DNA of 64,000 nucleotides from Escherichia coli (GCF_024502345.1 NZ_JALDNN010000001.1); one strand, 5' to 3'; positions 1 through 18,569 are shown, numbered from the stretch's first letter. The notes: generated from the sequence alone by a model not told the origin. Numbers and translations: made by a program.

Positions 1-31
1 GGGCAATCGTTAATGGACGCTGTTCAGTCAT
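1..31 (-). CDS. lpxB: lipid-A-disaccharide synthase LpxB, N-terminal 10 codons only (gene continues past the window start)
   Basis: Minus-strand ATG at 31..29 followed by codons [10 protein letters not shown]; the ATG overlaps the lpxA stop by 1 nt, as at the known lpxA-lpxB junction. Confidence 0.6.
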   Translation of the reverse strand, partial: MTEQRPLTIA

Positions 32-819
32 TAACGAATCAGACCGCGCGTTGAGCGTGCAAAGAAATCGGTAAAGGCTTTCACTTCCGGATATGTTTCC
101 GCCAGTTCAGCAATTTCCGGTTTCACTTCATCGAGCGTTTTACCGCTACGATAAATCAGCTTATACGCATTGCGGATAGCGGTAATCGCCTCACGGCTGA
201 ATCCGCGGCGCTTCAGCCCTTCGATATTGACACCGAACGGCGTTGCGTGGTTACCCTGCGCAATGACATAAGGAGGGACGTCCTGCGCCACACCGGAGCA
301 GCCGCCAACCATCACGTGCGCACCAATGATGCAGAACTGATGGACTGCGGTCATGCCGCCGATGATCGCGAAGTCGTCAACCGATACGTGACCCGCCAGC
401 GTTGCGTTGTTGGCGAGAATACAGCGGTTACCTACCGTACAATCGTGCGCAATGTGCGCGTTGATCATCAGTAAGTTGTCGCTGCCCACCTTCGTCAATC
501 CACCGCCCTGGACTGTGCCACGATGAATGGTGACGCTTTCGCGAATGCGGTTACGATCGCCGATTTCCACACGGGTCGGTTCGCCAGCATATTTCAGATC
601 CTGGTTAACTTCGCCGATGGAGGCGAACTGATAAATCTCATTATCGCGGCCAATTTTAGTATGACCATTCACGACAACGTGAGATTTCAGTACGGTACCC
701 TCACCAATTTCGACATGGGGTCCAACGATACAAAAAGGACCAATGTGTGCGTTCGCGCCAATTGACGCGCCCTCTTCCACAATGGCGGTTGGATGCACAA
801 AGGCGGATTTATCAATCAC
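31..819 (-). CDS. lpxA: UDP-N-acetylglucosamine O-acyltransferase LpxA
   Basis: 262-aa ORF with left-handed beta-helix hexapeptide repeats; full-length match to LpxA as recalled; sits in the lpxD-fabZ-lpxA-lpxB cluster. Confidence 0.97.
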
Positions 820-822
820 GTA

Positions 823-1278
823 TCAGGCCTCCCGGCTACGAGCACACATCATCGTTGCTTCGCAAACTACTTTACCATCGACCAGAGCAACCCCTTTAAA
901 ACGGGTCAGGCCGCGGCGCGTTTTTTCGAAAGTGACTTCCATGATCATTTGATCGCCAGGCACGACCGGGCGCTTGAAGCGCGCTTCGTCAATACCAGCG
1001 AAGTAGTACAGCTCACCCGGTTCCAGTTTTCCTACGCTTTTAAACGCCAGAATACCTGTTGCCTGTGCCATTGCTTCCAGAATCAGCACACCCGGGAAAA
1101 TCGGTTTTCCAGGGAAATGGCCCTGGAAGAATGGCTCATTGACAGAGACATTTTTTACTGCGCGCAGAAAACGACCTTCTTCAAAATCCAGCACGCGATC
1201 CACCAGTAAGAACGGGAAACGGTGCGGCAGAAGTTCTAAAATCTCTTCAATCTGCAGAGTATGAGTGTTAGTAGTCAA
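823..1278 (-). CDS. fabZ: 3-hydroxyacyl-ACP dehydratase FabZ (TTG start)
   Basis: ORF-track 182-aa frame trimmed to an internal TTG (plus-strand caa at 1276..1278), giving the 151-aa FabZ product ending MMCARSREA. Confidence 0.93.
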
Positions 1279-1382
1279 GATACTCTTCCTGTCAAAATAT
1301 AAGAAACGACAATAATAACACGGCCTGCCGCAATCGTAAGAATGAGACAGGCCGTAAAGTTTGGCGAACAAAAGATGGAACG

Positions 1383-2408
1383 TTAGTCTTGTTGATTAAC
1401 CTTGCGCTCAAGCGATTTCAGACGCTTGCTCATGTCATCAATGTTCATCACCAGTGCAGCGGTTTTGCGCCAGACTTTGTTGGGTTGCAGCGGAATGCCT
1501 GAGGAATAGACGCCTGGTTCAGTGATGGGACGCATCACCATACCCATGCCCGTAACCGTCACTTTGTCGCATATTTCCATATGCCCGTTGATTACGCTGG
1601 CTCCGCCGATCATGCAGTAACGACCAATTTTCAGGCTGCCCGCCATAATGACGCCACCGGCAACCGCCGTATTGTCGCCAATCACGACGTTATGTGCAAT
1701 CTGGCACTGGTTATCAATGATCACGCCATTGCCAATAACAGTGTCATCCAGCGCGCCGCGATCGATGGTTGTGCAGGCACCGATCTCCACGCGATCGCCA
1801 ATAATTACGCGACCAATCTGTGGGATCTTCACCCAGTTACCACGATCGTTGGCATAACCAAAGCCGTCTGCGCCTACCACTGTTCCGGACTGGATCAGGC
1901 AATTCTGACCGATCTGGATCTCATGGTAAATGGTTACGTTCGCCCAGAGACGCGAACCTGCACCGATTTTGCTGTTTTTACCTACGAAGCAACCGGCACC
2001 GATAATCACGTTATCGCCCAGTTCAACGCCGGACTCAATCACCGCGTTAGCGCCAATCGATACGTTGTTACCCAGCTTCGCCGTCGCGTCGATCACCGCA
2101 CTGGGTGCAATGTTCTGCGCGGGCTGCGGCGTGGTATCTAAAATTTGCGCCATGCGCGCGTAAGTCAGGTAGGGATTCTTCACTACCAGCGCGGCACTTT
2201 TCGCGAAAGGAAGATCGTCCTGGGTCATGACAACCGCGGACGCCTGGCACAAGCCTAAATGCTCACGGTATTTTGGGTTAACCATGAACGTAATGTGACC
2301 TGTTTGTGCAGATTGCATGGACGCAACGCCGGTGATGACGATATCGCCATCACCGTGTAGTTCTGCATCCAACTGCTGCGCTAAATCAGCCAGTCGAATT
2401 GAAGGCAT
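1383..2408 (-). CDS. lpxD: UDP-3-O-(3-hydroxymyristoyl)glucosamine N-acyltransferase LpxD
   Basis: 341-aa ORF starting [13 protein letters not shown] with hexapeptide-repeat acyltransferase architecture; located between skp and fabZ. Confidence 0.97.
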
Positions 2409-2411
2409 TAC

Positions 2412-2897
2412 TTATTTAACCTGTTTCAGTACGTCGGCAGTGATGTCTTTTACATCGCTGCTGTTGTAAGCAACGGCGTTTGCATCAACAACCAGATCGA
2501 TATCCTGGCTGTTGGCAACGGATTTCACAGCAGTCTGGATACGAGTAACCAGTTTGCCGCGTTCTTCGTTGGAACGACGTGCGCGATCCTGCTCAAAAGC
2601 CTGCGCTTTCTGAGCAAAAGTCTGGCGCTGAGCCATCACGTCTTTTTCCAGCTTAGTGCGATCGCTGCCCGCTTTCATGGACTGCAGCTTTTTCATTTTA
2701 GCCTGCAGATCGGTTTCCATACGCTGCAGTTCGCTGGCACGGCCTTTGAACTCATTTTCCAGCGTGTTAGAAACACCGGTTTTCTGCGCTACCTGCTGGA
2801 ACAGGCTGCCCATATTGACGATTGCAATTTTGTCAGCCGCCTGAGCAGAAGTTGCCAGTGCTAAACCGAGACCTGCCGCTAATAACCACTTTTTCAC
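2412..2897 (-). CDS. skp: periplasmic chaperone Skp (OmpH)
   Basis: 161-aa ORF with signal peptide [20 protein letters not shown] and a lysine-rich coiled-coil body; immediately downstream of bamA. Confidence 0.97.
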   Translation of the reverse strand: MKKWLLAAGLGLALATSAQAADKIAIVNMGSLFQQVAQKTGVSNTLENEFKGRASELQRMETDLQAKMKKLQSMKAGSDRTKLEKDVMAQRQTFAQKAQAFEQDRARRSNEERGKLVTRIQTAVKSVANSQDIDLVVDANAVAYNSSDVKDITADVLKQVK

Positions 2898-3018
2898 AAT
2901 AAACTCCTTACCATCCCATTTGCACCGGAGGGTGCAGTTCTTTGCGTGGCCCGGCGATCTTATATTGATCGCCTAAAGTCATCGCTACACTACCACTACA
3001 TTCCTTTGTGGAGAACAC

Positions 3019-5469
<2,451 letters not shown>

Positions 5470-5480
5470 CTAACTAACTC

Positions 5481-6833
5481 TCATAACCGAGAGAAATCAT
5501 TGAAAAGTGCAAGCCCCATTAACAGCACCAGCAGAATCGAGCCAATGCGATAACAAAAGTCTTGAACCCGCTCGGATACCGGTCCGCCCTTGATCTTTTC
5601 GATCGCAAGGAACAGCAGATGCCCCCCGTCAAGTACGGGCAACGGAAACAGGTTAATTATCCCTAAGTTCACGCTAATAAGCGCAAGAAACGGCAGGTAA
5701 TAAACTACCCCGAGTTCCGCTGTCATCCCAGCCCCCTTGGCGATAGAGATCGGCCCACTGAGGTTGTTCAGTTTCACATCACCGGTGATCAATTTTCCCA
5801 GCATACTGACCGTCAGCTTCATCAGCTGCCACGTTTTGTCCGTGGCTTCGACGATGGCGTTGAACGGCCCATACTGGCGTACAACTTTATACTCATCTGG
5901 CAAAGGAATGACTTTCGGCTCAATACCGACAAAACCAATCGCTTTACCATTACCCGGTTTACTCTCCGGGATTAATGTCAAAGACAAGGGACTCCCCTGC
6001 CTTTCGATTTCTAACGCTAAGGATTTACCCGGGTTATCCCGGACAAGCATCACAAAGGTCACCCACTGCGTTAAGGGCTGACCATCGACTTTAACGATCC
6101 TGTCGCCTGCTTGCAAACCTGCCTTGCTTGCCGCCGAGTTTGGCTGCACATTTTCCAGTACAGGTTCAATTTGCGGCCCACGAGGACGAATCCCCAGCGA
6201 AGATACCGGATCTTCTTTATCAGGCTCAAACGCCCAGTGACGTAAATCGAGCTTTACATCCCGCCGTTGGTCGCTGCCAAATGGCGCTACTGTAATGGTG
6301 GTGCTTTCATCGCCAATTTTATCGACCAACTGCAAACGCACGGCATCCCAATCAGGCGTTTCGATACCATCTACGGCTTTTAGTTCCGTACCTGGTGCAA
6401 TTTGTGCTTCCGCAGCTATCGAATTGGCTGCTATTTCACCAACCACCGGACGTACGCCAGGCACACCAATAATAAAAACCAGCCAGTAGGCTAAGATAGC
6501 AAAAATGAAGTTTGCAACCGGACCTGCGGCAATAATCGCCGCTCGTTGGCCAACAGATTTATTATTGAAGGCATGGTGGCGGAGTTCCGGAACGACCGGT
6601 TCTGCGCGCTCATCCAGCATTTTGACATAACCGCCCAGCGGGATCAGGGCGATAACATATTCGGTGCCGAGCTTATCAGTTCGCCGCCAGAGCGCCTTAC
6701 CAAACCCTATTGAGAAACGCTCAACGCGAACACCACAACGCCGGGCAACCCAGAAATGACCAAATTCATGCACGGTGATAAGTACACCCAGTGCAACGAT
6801 GAACGAAGCCAAATCCCAGAGAAAACTCAGCAT
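5481..6833 (-). CDS. rseP: regulator of sigma-E protease RseP (site-2 protease)
   Basis: 450-aa product from the internal ATG (plus-strand cat at 6831..6833); HEFGH zinc-metalloprotease motif near the N-terminus; PDZ-containing membrane protease. Confidence 0.95.
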   Translation of the reverse strand: MLSFLWDLASFIVALGVLITVHEFGHFWVARRCGVRVERFSIGFGKALWRRTDKLGTEYVIALIPLGGYVKMLDERAEPVVPELRHHAFNNKSVGQRAAIIAAGPVANFIFAILAYWLVFIIGVPGVRPVVGEIAANSIAAEAQIAPGTELKAVDGIETPDWDAVRLQLVDKIGDESTTITVAPFGSDQRRDVKLDLRHWAFEPDKEDPVSSLGIRPRGPQIEPVLENVQPNSAASKAGLQAGDRIVKVDGQPLTQWVTFVMLVRDNPGKSLALEIERQGSPLSLTLIPESKPGNGKAIGFVGIEPKVIPLPDEYKVVRQYGPFNAIVEATDKTWQLMKLTVSMLGKLITGDVKLNNLSGPISIAKGAGMTAELGVVYYLPFLALISVNLGIINLFPLPVLDGGHLLFLAIEKIKGGPVSERVQDFCYRIGSILLVLLMGLALFNDFSRL

Positions 6834-6844
6834 ATTACCTTCCG

Positions 6845-7702
6845 TTAAAGCGTCCTGAATACCAGTAACAACAAGCAAGCAAAGACCGGTACCGCAGCCG
6901 TCAGGCTATCAATACGATCTAAAATACCACCGTGTCCTGGAATTAAATGACCGCTGTCCTTAATTCCTGCTTCACGCTTAAACATACTCTCGGTCAGATC
7001 GCCGAGCACTGAGGCTAACGCTGCGACAATAGAGCAAATGAGTAAGGTGACGGGAGCGACGTCGAGATTCGCCCACATGCCATAACCCCATGAGATTACC
7101 GCTGCGGTCGCTAGTCCACCTATAAAGCCTTGCCAGGTTTTACCCGGAGAAACCTTCGGTGCCAGCTTATGTTTACCAAACAATTTGCCAAACATATATG
7201 CGCCGGAGTCAGCGCCCCATACCAGGATCATGACATAGAGCAGCCATATTGCGCCACTGTAATGATTCTCGTCATAGTGCCAGGCCCGTAACGCCAGCAT
7301 GCCCCAGAAGAAGGGAACAATGGTTAGCACGCCAAAAATAAGGCGCAATGTTTTAGAGTTACGCCAGATTGCTGCGGAACCTGGGTAAAACAGCACCAGC
7401 AATAGCGCGACAATCCACCAACCCAACGAAGCCCAAAGTGAGATTTCAACCAGCGGTTGATGAATATTTCGGTGATATTCCGGCAACAGAAAAAGCATCA
7501 GCGCCAACAATAACCCGCATAACACCGCCAACCATACTCGCTGCGAACGAGTGGTAAAACCGCTAAGCTGTCCCCATTCCCACGCTGCCAGCATGCAGAC
7601 CACCAGCGTTACGATGGCGAACCCCACCGGCGGCAACAGAAACAACGCCGCGATGACGACGGGTATTAACACAAAAGCAGATATCAGGCGATACTTCAGC
7701 AA
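6845..7702 (-). CDS. cdsA: CDP-diglyceride synthase (phosphatidate cytidylyltransferase) CdsA
   Basis: 285-aa multi-pass hydrophobic ORF between uppS and rseP, the conserved position of cdsA. Confidence 0.93.
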
Positions 7703-7714
7703 AAGCGACCCCCA

Positions 7715-8476
7715 TCAGGCTGTTTCATCACCGGGCTCGGTGCCGCCGAAACGACGCTCTCGATTAGCAAAGGCATTTAACGCCCCTTCAAAGTCTTGTT
7801 CATCGAAATCGGGCCAGAGAACATCTGTAAAGTAAAGTTCGGCATAGGCAATTTGCCAAAGCAAAAAGTTACTAATGCGATGCTCCCCCCCAGTCCTAAT
7901 TACTAAATCTACAGGGGCCAGTTCATGCATACAGACATGCTGGTTTAGCATCTCTTCATCTATCTGATCTGGTTGCAGGTTTCCTTGCTGCACCTTTTCA
8001 GCCAGTTGCCTGACTCCCTGGACTATATCCCAACGTCCACCGTAGTTCGCCGCAATATTCAGCGTCAGACCGGTATTCCCGGCTGTTAGCGCTTCAGATT
8101 TACGAATACGTTCTTGCAAACGCGAGTTAAAGCGACTGGTATCGCCAATAATACGCAGACGCACGTTATGTCGGTGCAGACTTTTTACTTCGCTATCGAG
8201 CGCCCACACAAACAGTTCCATTAACGCACTGACTTCCTGCGCTGGTCGGTTCCAGTTTTCACTACTAAAGGCATACAGCGTTAACGCCTCAATACCGTTG
8301 TTGGCCGCAAAAGAGACAGCCCGGCGGACGGATTTTGCCCCGGCTTTATGCCCAAAGGCACGAATCTTCCCTTGCTTTTTTGCCCAGCGACCATTGCCGT
8401 CCATAATGATCGCAACATGACGGCAGCCATGCGCTGGCAATTTTTCGCTAAGTGGTTGAGTAGCAGACAACATCAC
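7715..8476 (-). CDS. uppS: undecaprenyl-diphosphate synthase UppS (IspU)
   Basis: 253-aa ORF with the cis-prenyltransferase motif HVAIIMDGNGRWA. Confidence 0.95.
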   Translation of the reverse strand: MMLSATQPLSEKLPAHGCRHVAIIMDGNGRWAKKQGKIRAFGHKAGAKSVRRAVSFAANNGIEALTLYAFSSENWNRPAQEVSALMELFVWALDSEVKSLHRHNVRLRIIGDTSRFNSRLQERIRKSEALTAGNTGLTLNIAANYGGRWDIVQGVRQLAEKVQQGNLQPDQIDEEMLNQHVCMHELAPVDLVIRTGGEHRISNFLLWQIAYAELYFTDVLWPDFDEQDFEGALNAFANRERRFGGTEPGDETA

Positions 8477-8531
8477 GCGTTTTTTATTCCCTGACAGGGT
8501 TTACGGTACTCAGGAATACTGAAGCCTATAC

Positions 8532-8556
8532 AAAAAAAAGCCGTGTAAAACCACGG
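8532..8556 (-). terminator. putative intrinsic terminator downstream of dxr
   Basis: Minus-strand hairpin CCGTGG-TTTTA-CACGG followed by a run of T (plus-strand caaaaaaaag ccgtgtaaaaccacgg). Confidence 0.5.
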
Positions 8557-8661
8557 CATACCTGACCTTATAAAGCCAACTACTTACGATCAGATGGCGC
8601 AGACTATATCACTGAAGCCCTACGCTAACAAATAGCGCGACTCTCTGTAGCCGGATTATCC

Positions 8662-9858
8662 TCAGCTTGCGAGACGCATCACCTCTTTTCTGGCGACTTC
8701 ACGCGCGTTCGCATCAACAGATAACACATCGTCCACACATTGTGGTTCGCGCATATCCATTTTTTCCAGTACCGATAAATTCAACGCAGCGATATCCGTA
8801 AAGCGGATTTGTTGCGCAAGAAAAGCAGCAACGGTGATTTCGTTTGCGGCATTCAATGCTGTCGTCGCTGCCTGACCTTGTTCGAACGCCTCCATCGCCA
8901 GTTTCAGGCATGGATAACGATCATAATCCGGTGCGGCAAATGTCAACGCACTTAGTTTGCAAAAATCGAGCGGCTTCACGCCAGAGTTCACGCGATTCGG
9001 CCATGCCATGGTGTGGGCAATTGGCGTACGCATATCCGGTTCCCCCAGCTGCGCCAGAACACTGCCGTCCTGATAGCGCACCATTGAGTGAATCACTGAC
9101 TGCGGGTGAATCAGCACTTCCATCTGGCTGGCGCTGGCGTTAAACAGCCAACGCGCTTCAATGTATTCCAGACCTTTGTTCATCATGGTAGCCGAATCGA
9201 CAGAAATTTTACGCCCCATCGACCAGTTCGGATGACGGCAGGCTTGATCCGGCGTCATTGTTGCCAAATCGCGCAATGGCGTCTCACGGAAAGGGCCACC
9301 AGACCCGGTAAGTAAAATGGACACCACGCCATTTTGCTCAAGGTCAGCGTATCCCAGATTATGCTGGATAGGTTGCGGTAAACTCTGAAAAATGGCGTTA
9401 TGTTCGCTATCGACCGGTAACAATTGCGCTTTGCTCTGCTTTACGGCGTCCATAAACAGACGTCCGCAGGTAACCAGTGATTCTTTATTGGCCAGCAAAA
9501 TGGTTTTACCCGCGCGGATCGCAGCAAGCGTAGGTAACAGCCCAGCAGCGCCAACAATGGCTGCCATCACCTGATCAACATCCTCAAGCGCTGCCATATC
9601 GCAAGCGGCTTGTTGCCCACTTAAGACTTCGGTGCGGCTACCCTGTTGCTGTAGCATCGTTTTAAGAAGTTTCGCACTCGCTTCATCGTCCATTACGGCA
9701 TAGCGGGGAGAGAATTCCAGGCACTGTTCTACCATGCGAGTGACATTTTTGCCTGCCACCAGCGCAACTACGCGGAAGTGTTCGGGATTATGGCGCACCA
9801 CGTCCAGCGTGCTGCAACCAATCGAGCCGGTCGAGCCCAGAATGGTGAGTTGCTTCAT
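8662..9858 (-). CDS. dxr: 1-deoxy-D-xylulose-5-phosphate reductoisomerase Dxr (IspC)
   Basis: 398-aa ORF starting [21 protein letters not shown] (NADPH-binding N-terminus). Confidence 0.97.
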
Positions 9859-9890
9859 GAAACATCCAGAGTTGAGACAGAATAAAAAGC

Positions 9891-9936
9891 AAAACGCCGC
9901 CAGCCGATCCGCAAGGATCTACTGAGCGGCGTTTTT
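9891..9936 (-). terminator. intrinsic terminator downstream of frr
   Basis: GC stem CGCCGC/GCGGCG enclosing an inner GATCC/GGATC hairpin, flanked by T-runs on both strands, immediately 3' of the frr stop. Confidence 0.6.
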
Positions 9937-9949
9937 GTCGTTCAAGAAA

Positions 9950-10507
9950 TCAGAACTGCATCAGTTCTGCTTCTTTGTCTGCCAGCGCCGCTTCAATTTT
10001 CTTGATTGCAGCATCAGTCAGTTTCTGTACATCGTCCTGAGAACGGCGATCGTCGTCTTCGCTGATCTCTTTATCTTTCAACAGTGCTTTCACTTTGTCG
10101 TTCGCGTCACGACGCACGTTACGTACTGCAACACGCGCTTGTTCTGCTTCACCACGAACGATTTTGGTCAGATCTTTACGACGTTCTTCCGTCAGCGGCG
10201 GCAGCGGAACACGGATGTCGCTACCCGCAGAGTTCGGGTTCAGGCCAAGATCGGACGCCATAATCGCTTTTTCAACGGCCGGAGACATTGAACGATCAAA
10301 CACGTTGATTTTCAGAGTACGGGAATCTTCTACCGTTACGCTTGCCAGCTGACGCAGCGGCGTCGGCGTGCCGTAATATTCCACGACAATGCCATCCAGC
10401 AGGCTGGGAGAAGCACGACCCGTGCGTATTTTGCTGATTTGGGTTTTGAACGCTTCTACGCATTTGTCCATGCGTACTTCAGCATCTTTTCTGATATCGC
10501 TAATCAC
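9950..10507 (-). CDS. frr: ribosome recycling factor
   Basis: 185-aa ORF matching Frr end to end as recalled ([20 protein letters not shown]…). Confidence 0.97.
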
Positions 10508-10798
10508 GTTACGAATCCTTGAAAACTTGTCTCAGTCAGACCAGACAGTCACACACAGTGGAAGTGTGCTAAGTATAGCCCTGATTAAACATATTACGGG
10601 TAATCGTCTGGATTATTAGGCTATTTTATTTGCCATTTTGGCCCCGGGCAGTGCTCGCCATCCTCACGTACTTGTGTACGCACCGGTTGCTGCGCGCTGG
10701 CCGTGACCAAACTGCCTGCAACAATAACGCCTTATAACCAGACTTACGCCCCCGCGATACTTACGCGGAATCTTACCCTTATTTATCCATCACGGGAA

Positions 10799-11524
10799 TT
10801 ATTCCGTGATTAAAGTCCCTTCTTTTTCACCCATTACCACACGGCGCAGCGCACCCGGTTTGTTCATATTGAAAACACGAATCGGTAATTTATGGTCACG
10901 AGCCAGCGTGAAGGCCGCCAGGTCCATGACTTTCAGCTCTTTTTCCAGCACTTCGCTGTAAGTCAGTTGCTCGTACATGGTTGCGGTTGGATCTTTCGCC
11001 GGATCAGCGGTAAACACGCCGTCAACTTTGGTTGCTTTCAGCACCACATCGGCTTCAATTTCGATACCACGCAGGCAAGCTGCTGAGTCGGTGGTAAAGA
11101 ACGGGTTACCTGTACCGGCGGAGAGGATCACCACACGGTTGTTGCGCAACAGGCTGATAGCTTCTGCCCAGCTGTAGCTGTCGCACACGCCATTCAATGG
11201 AATAGCGGACATCAGACGAGCGTTCACATAGGCGCGGTGCAGTGCATCACGCATTGCCAGGCCGTTCATTACGGTCGCCAGCATCCCCATGTGGTCGCCC
11301 ACAACGCGGTTCATACCCGCTTTCGCCAGACCAGCGCCACGGAACAGGTTACCCCCACCAATCACCACACCAACCTGAATACCCAGTTCAACCAGTTCTT
11401 TGATTTCCTGAGCCATACGATCCAGTATGCTTGCATCAATACCGAAGCCTTCAGTGCCCTGCAGAGCTTCGCCACTCAACTTAAGCAGAATGCGTTTATA
11501 GACGGGTTTTGCATTGGTAGCCAT
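10799..11524 (-). CDS. pyrH: UMP kinase PyrH
   Basis: 241-aa ORF with the amino-acid-kinase fold signature KLSGEAL. Confidence 0.97.
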   Translation of the reverse strand: MATNAKPVYKRILLKLSGEALQGTEGFGIDASILDRMAQEIKELVELGIQVGVVIGGGNLFRGAGLAKAGMNRVVGDHMGMLATVMNGLAMRDALHRAYVNARLMSAIPLNGVCDSYSWAEAISLLRNNRVVILSAGTGNPFFTTDSAACLRGIEIEADVVLKATKVDGVFTADPAKDPTATMYEQLTYSEVLEKELKVMDLAAFTLARDHKLPIRVFNMNKPGALRRVVMGEKEGTLITE

Positions 11525-11633
11525 GTTTCTTTCCTGAGACTGTCAACGATTGAAATGAATTAATACTAGCGACATTGTACGTCGCTTTTCAGCGCAGCCC
11601 CACAAGGGTTAGCTGAATTTACAAGATGGGCAC

Positions 11634-11660
11634 AAAAAGAAGCCGCCCTCAGGCGGCTCC
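11634..11660 (-). terminator. intrinsic terminator downstream of tsf
   Basis: Minus-strand hairpin GGAGCCGCC-TGAG-GGCGGCTTC followed by TTTTT, directly after the tsf stop. Confidence 0.7.
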
Positions 11661-11670
11661 TTTTTGATAA

Positions 11671-12522
11671 TTAAGACTGCTTGGACATCGCAGCAACTTC
11701 TGCTGCAAAGTCAGTCTCAACTTTCTCGATGCCTTCACCCACTTCGAAGCGGATGAAGCCAGTCACTTCAGCGTTATGCTCTTTCAGCAGCTGACCAACA
11801 GTTTTGCTTGGTTCCATAACGAACGGCTGACCGGTCAGAGAAACTTCGCCGGTGAATTTCTTCATGCGGCCTTCAACCATTTTCTCTGCGATTTCTTTCG
11901 GCTTACCAGACTGCATCGCGATATCCAGCTGTACCTGGTATTCTTTTTCTACCACTTCAGCGGATACGTCTTCTGGTTTGATGAATTCTGGCTTGCTTGC
12001 AGCAACGTGCATAGCGATGTGTTTAACCAGCTCTTCGTCAGCGCCTTTAGCAGCAACCAGAACGCCGATACGCGCACCGTGCTGATAAGAACCCAGAACG
12101 TCGCCTTCCAGCGCAGCAACGCGGCGAATGTTGATGTTTTCACCAATTTTCGCTACCAGCGCAACACGTTCTTCTTCGAACTGTGCTTTCAGAACTTCAA
12201 CGTCAGTGATTTTGCCAGCAACAGCTGCGTCCAGAACTTTGTCTGCGAACGCCTGGAAACCAGCGTCTTTTGCAACGAAGTCAGTCTGGCAGTTAACTTC
12301 CAGAATGATGCCGTAGTTGCCGTCGATTTTGGTTTTGATCACGCCGTCAGCAGCAACGTTGCCTGCTTTTTTCGCTGCTTTAATAGCACCGGACTTACGC
12401 ATGTTTTCGATTGCCAGCTCGATGTCGCCGTTAGCTTCAGTCAGTGCTTTTTTGCAATCCATCATGCCTGCGCCAGTACGCTCACGCAGCTCTTTTACCA
12501 GGGATGCGGTAATTTCAGCCAT
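11671..12522 (-). CDS. tsf: elongation factor Ts
   Basis: 283-aa ORF starting [27 protein letters not shown]. Confidence 0.97.
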
Positions 12523-12779
12523 TCTAAAATCCTCGGAGATGTGATCTGCCCGGCATTAAACCGCACAGATATAAAAGTGAAAAAGGGGGCCATATGCAGG
12601 CCCCCTAACCAAACGTGTACTACCTGGTCTATAAGGGCTCTCCCCCTTCATATTTCGCGCCGCAGATGCGTTATCTTCGCTCGCTCATCCCGGTCACTTA
12701 CTGATGTAAGCTCCCGGGAATTCTCGAGCTTGCCGCCTTTCTGCAACTCGAACTATTTTGGGGGAGTTATCAAGCCTTA

Positions 12780-13727
<948 letters not shown>

Positions 13728-13872
13728 TCAGACGTTGAATTTTCTATTATAGAAAACGTTCAGTGGCACGTTTGGCGAAATTCAGAATGATTCTCAATTT
13801 GCCCGGGTGTGATACCATTGACGGCACTTACATATATATTGTCGGTATCACCGACGCTGATGGACAGAATTA

Positions 13873-14667
13873 ATGGCTATCTCAATCAAGACCCCAGAAG
13901 ATATCGAAAAAATGCGCGTCGCTGGCCGACTGGCTGCCGAAGTGCTGGAGATGATCGAACCGTATGTTAAACCGGGCGTCAGCACCGGCGAGCTGGATCG
14001 CATCTGTAATGATTACATTGTTAATGAACAACACGCGGTTTCTGCCTGCCTCGGCTATCACGGCTATCCGAAATCCGTTTGCATCTCTATTAATGAAGTG
14101 GTGTGCCACGGTATCCCGGACGATGCGAAGCTGCTGAAAGATGGCGATATCGTTAACATTGATGTCACCGTAATCAAAGATGGTTTCCACGGCGATACCT
14201 CGAAAATGTTTATCGTCGGTAAGCCGACCATCATGGGCGAACGTCTGTGCCGCATCACGCAAGAAAGCCTGTACCTGGCGCTGCGCATGGTCAAACCAGG
14301 CATTAATCTGCGCGAAATCGGTGCGGCGATTCAGAAATTTGTCGAAGCAGAAGGCTTCTCCGTCGTTCGTGAATATTGCGGACACGGTATTGGTCGCAGC
14401 TTCCATGAAGAACCGCAGGTGCTGCACTATGACTCCCGTGAAACCAACGTCGTACTGAAACCTGGGATGACGTTCACCATCGAGCCAATGGTCAACGCGG
14501 GTAAAAAAGAGATCCGCACCATGAAAGATGGCTGGACGGTAAAAACCAAAGATCGCAGCTTGTCTGCACAATATGAGCATACTATTGTGGTGACTGATAA
14601 CGGCTGCGAAATTCTGACGCTACGCAAGGATGACACCATCCCGGCGATAATCTCGCACGACGAATAA
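13873..14667 (+). CDS. map: methionine aminopeptidase
   Basis: 264-aa ORF starting MAISIKTPEDIEKMRVAGRLAAEVLE with the pita-bread fold metal-ligand pattern. Confidence 0.97.
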   Translation: MAISIKTPEDIEKMRVAGRLAAEVLEMIEPYVKPGVSTGELDRICNDYIVNEQHAVSACLGYHGYPKSVCISINEVVCHGIPDDAKLLKDGDIVNIDVTVIKDGFHGDTSKMFIVGKPTIMGERLCRITQESLYLALRMVKPGINLREIGAAIQKFVEAEGFSVVREYCGHGIGRSFHEEPQVLHYDSRETNVVLKPGMTFTIEPMVNAGKKEIRTMKDGWTVKTKDRSLSAQYEHTIVVTDNGCEILTLRKDDTIPAIISHDE

Positions 14668-14672
14668 GATGA

Positions 14673-14696
14673 AGCCGGCGAATGCCGGCTTTTTTA
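14673..14696 (+). terminator. intrinsic terminator downstream of map
   Basis: Hairpin GCCGGCG-AAT-GCCGGC followed by TTTTTT. Confidence 0.7.
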
Positions 14697-14710
14697 ATGC
14701 GATAATTTAA

Positions 14711-17401
<2,691 letters not shown>

Positions 17402-17431
17402 TGTGTTTACTGATATGAAAAGAGTTTAACA

Positions 17432-18256
17432 ATGCAGCAGTTACAGAACATTATTGAAACCGCTTTTGAACGCCGTGCCGAGATCACGCCAGCCAACGCA
17501 GACACCGTTACCCGCGAAGCGGTAAATCAGGTGATCGCCCTGCTGGATTCCGGCGCACTGCGTGTAGCGGAAAAAATTGACGGTCAGTGGGTGACGCATC
17601 AGTGGTTGAAAAAAGCGGTGCTGCTCTCTTTCCGTATTAATGATAATCAGGTGATCGAAGGGGCAGAAAGCCGCTACTTCGACAAAGTGCCGATGAAATT
17701 CGCCGACTACGACGAAGCACGTTTCCAGAAAGAAGGCTTCCGCGTTGTACCACCTGCGGCGGTACGTCAGGGTGCGTTTATTGCCCGTAACACCGTGCTG
17801 ATGCCGTCTTACGTCAACATCGGCGCATATGTTGATGAAGGCACCATGGTTGATACCTGGGCGACCGTCGGTTCCTGTGCGCAGATTGGTAAAAACGTCC
17901 ACCTTTCCGGTGGCGTGGGCATCGGCGGTGTGCTGGAACCGCTGCAGGCTAACCCAACCATCATTGAAGATAATTGCTTCATCGGCGCGCGCTCTGAAGT
18001 GGTTGAAGGGGTGATTGTCGAAGAAGGTTCCGTCATTTCCATGGGCGTATACATTGGTCAGAGCACCCGTATTTACGACCGTGAAACCGGCGAAATCCAC
18101 TACGGTCGCGTTCCGGCGGGGTCTGTGGTTGTTTCAGGTAATCTGCCGTCGAAAGATGGCAAATACAGCCTCTACTGTGCGGTTATCGTTAAGAAAGTTG
18201 ACGCGAAAACTCGCGGCAAAGTCGGCATTAACGAACTGCTGCGTACCATCGACTAA
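17432..18256 (+). CDS. dapD: 2,3,4,5-tetrahydropyridine-2,6-dicarboxylate N-succinyltransferase DapD
   Basis: 274-aa ORF with hexapeptide repeats in the C-terminal half. Confidence 0.97.
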
Positions 18257-18569
18257 AAGTATGCACACGGGCAGCACGACGCTGCCCGATTGCTTTCTGG
18301 TTCAGAATAATTCGTCCTACTCATTCTTCCTCCCCCTTTTTTAAATACTTTTTCATCTTGTTTCGGACTGTCATGTAATTCGCAAAACGAAGATAAATGT
18401 GCTAATCCATCCCATGGAATATCGCCACAATAAAGCAGGTAATTTTTTGATTTTTACGCCATGATAGAAGTCTGGAAGAAAAAGGCTTTCTGCGATCACA
18501 GTCGAGCCGGGCGGGCCAGGCCAAATGCTAAAATAAGCACAATTTACTGACTCATTTTGAGGTAACGCT

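Noticed and set aside
13882-14580. 232-aa minus-strand ORF
   Set aside because: Antisense to map, which is full-length and conserved on the plus strand
17441-18100. 219-aa minus-strand ORF
   Set aside because: Antisense to dapD; an artefact of the open reverse frame in a GC-rich gene
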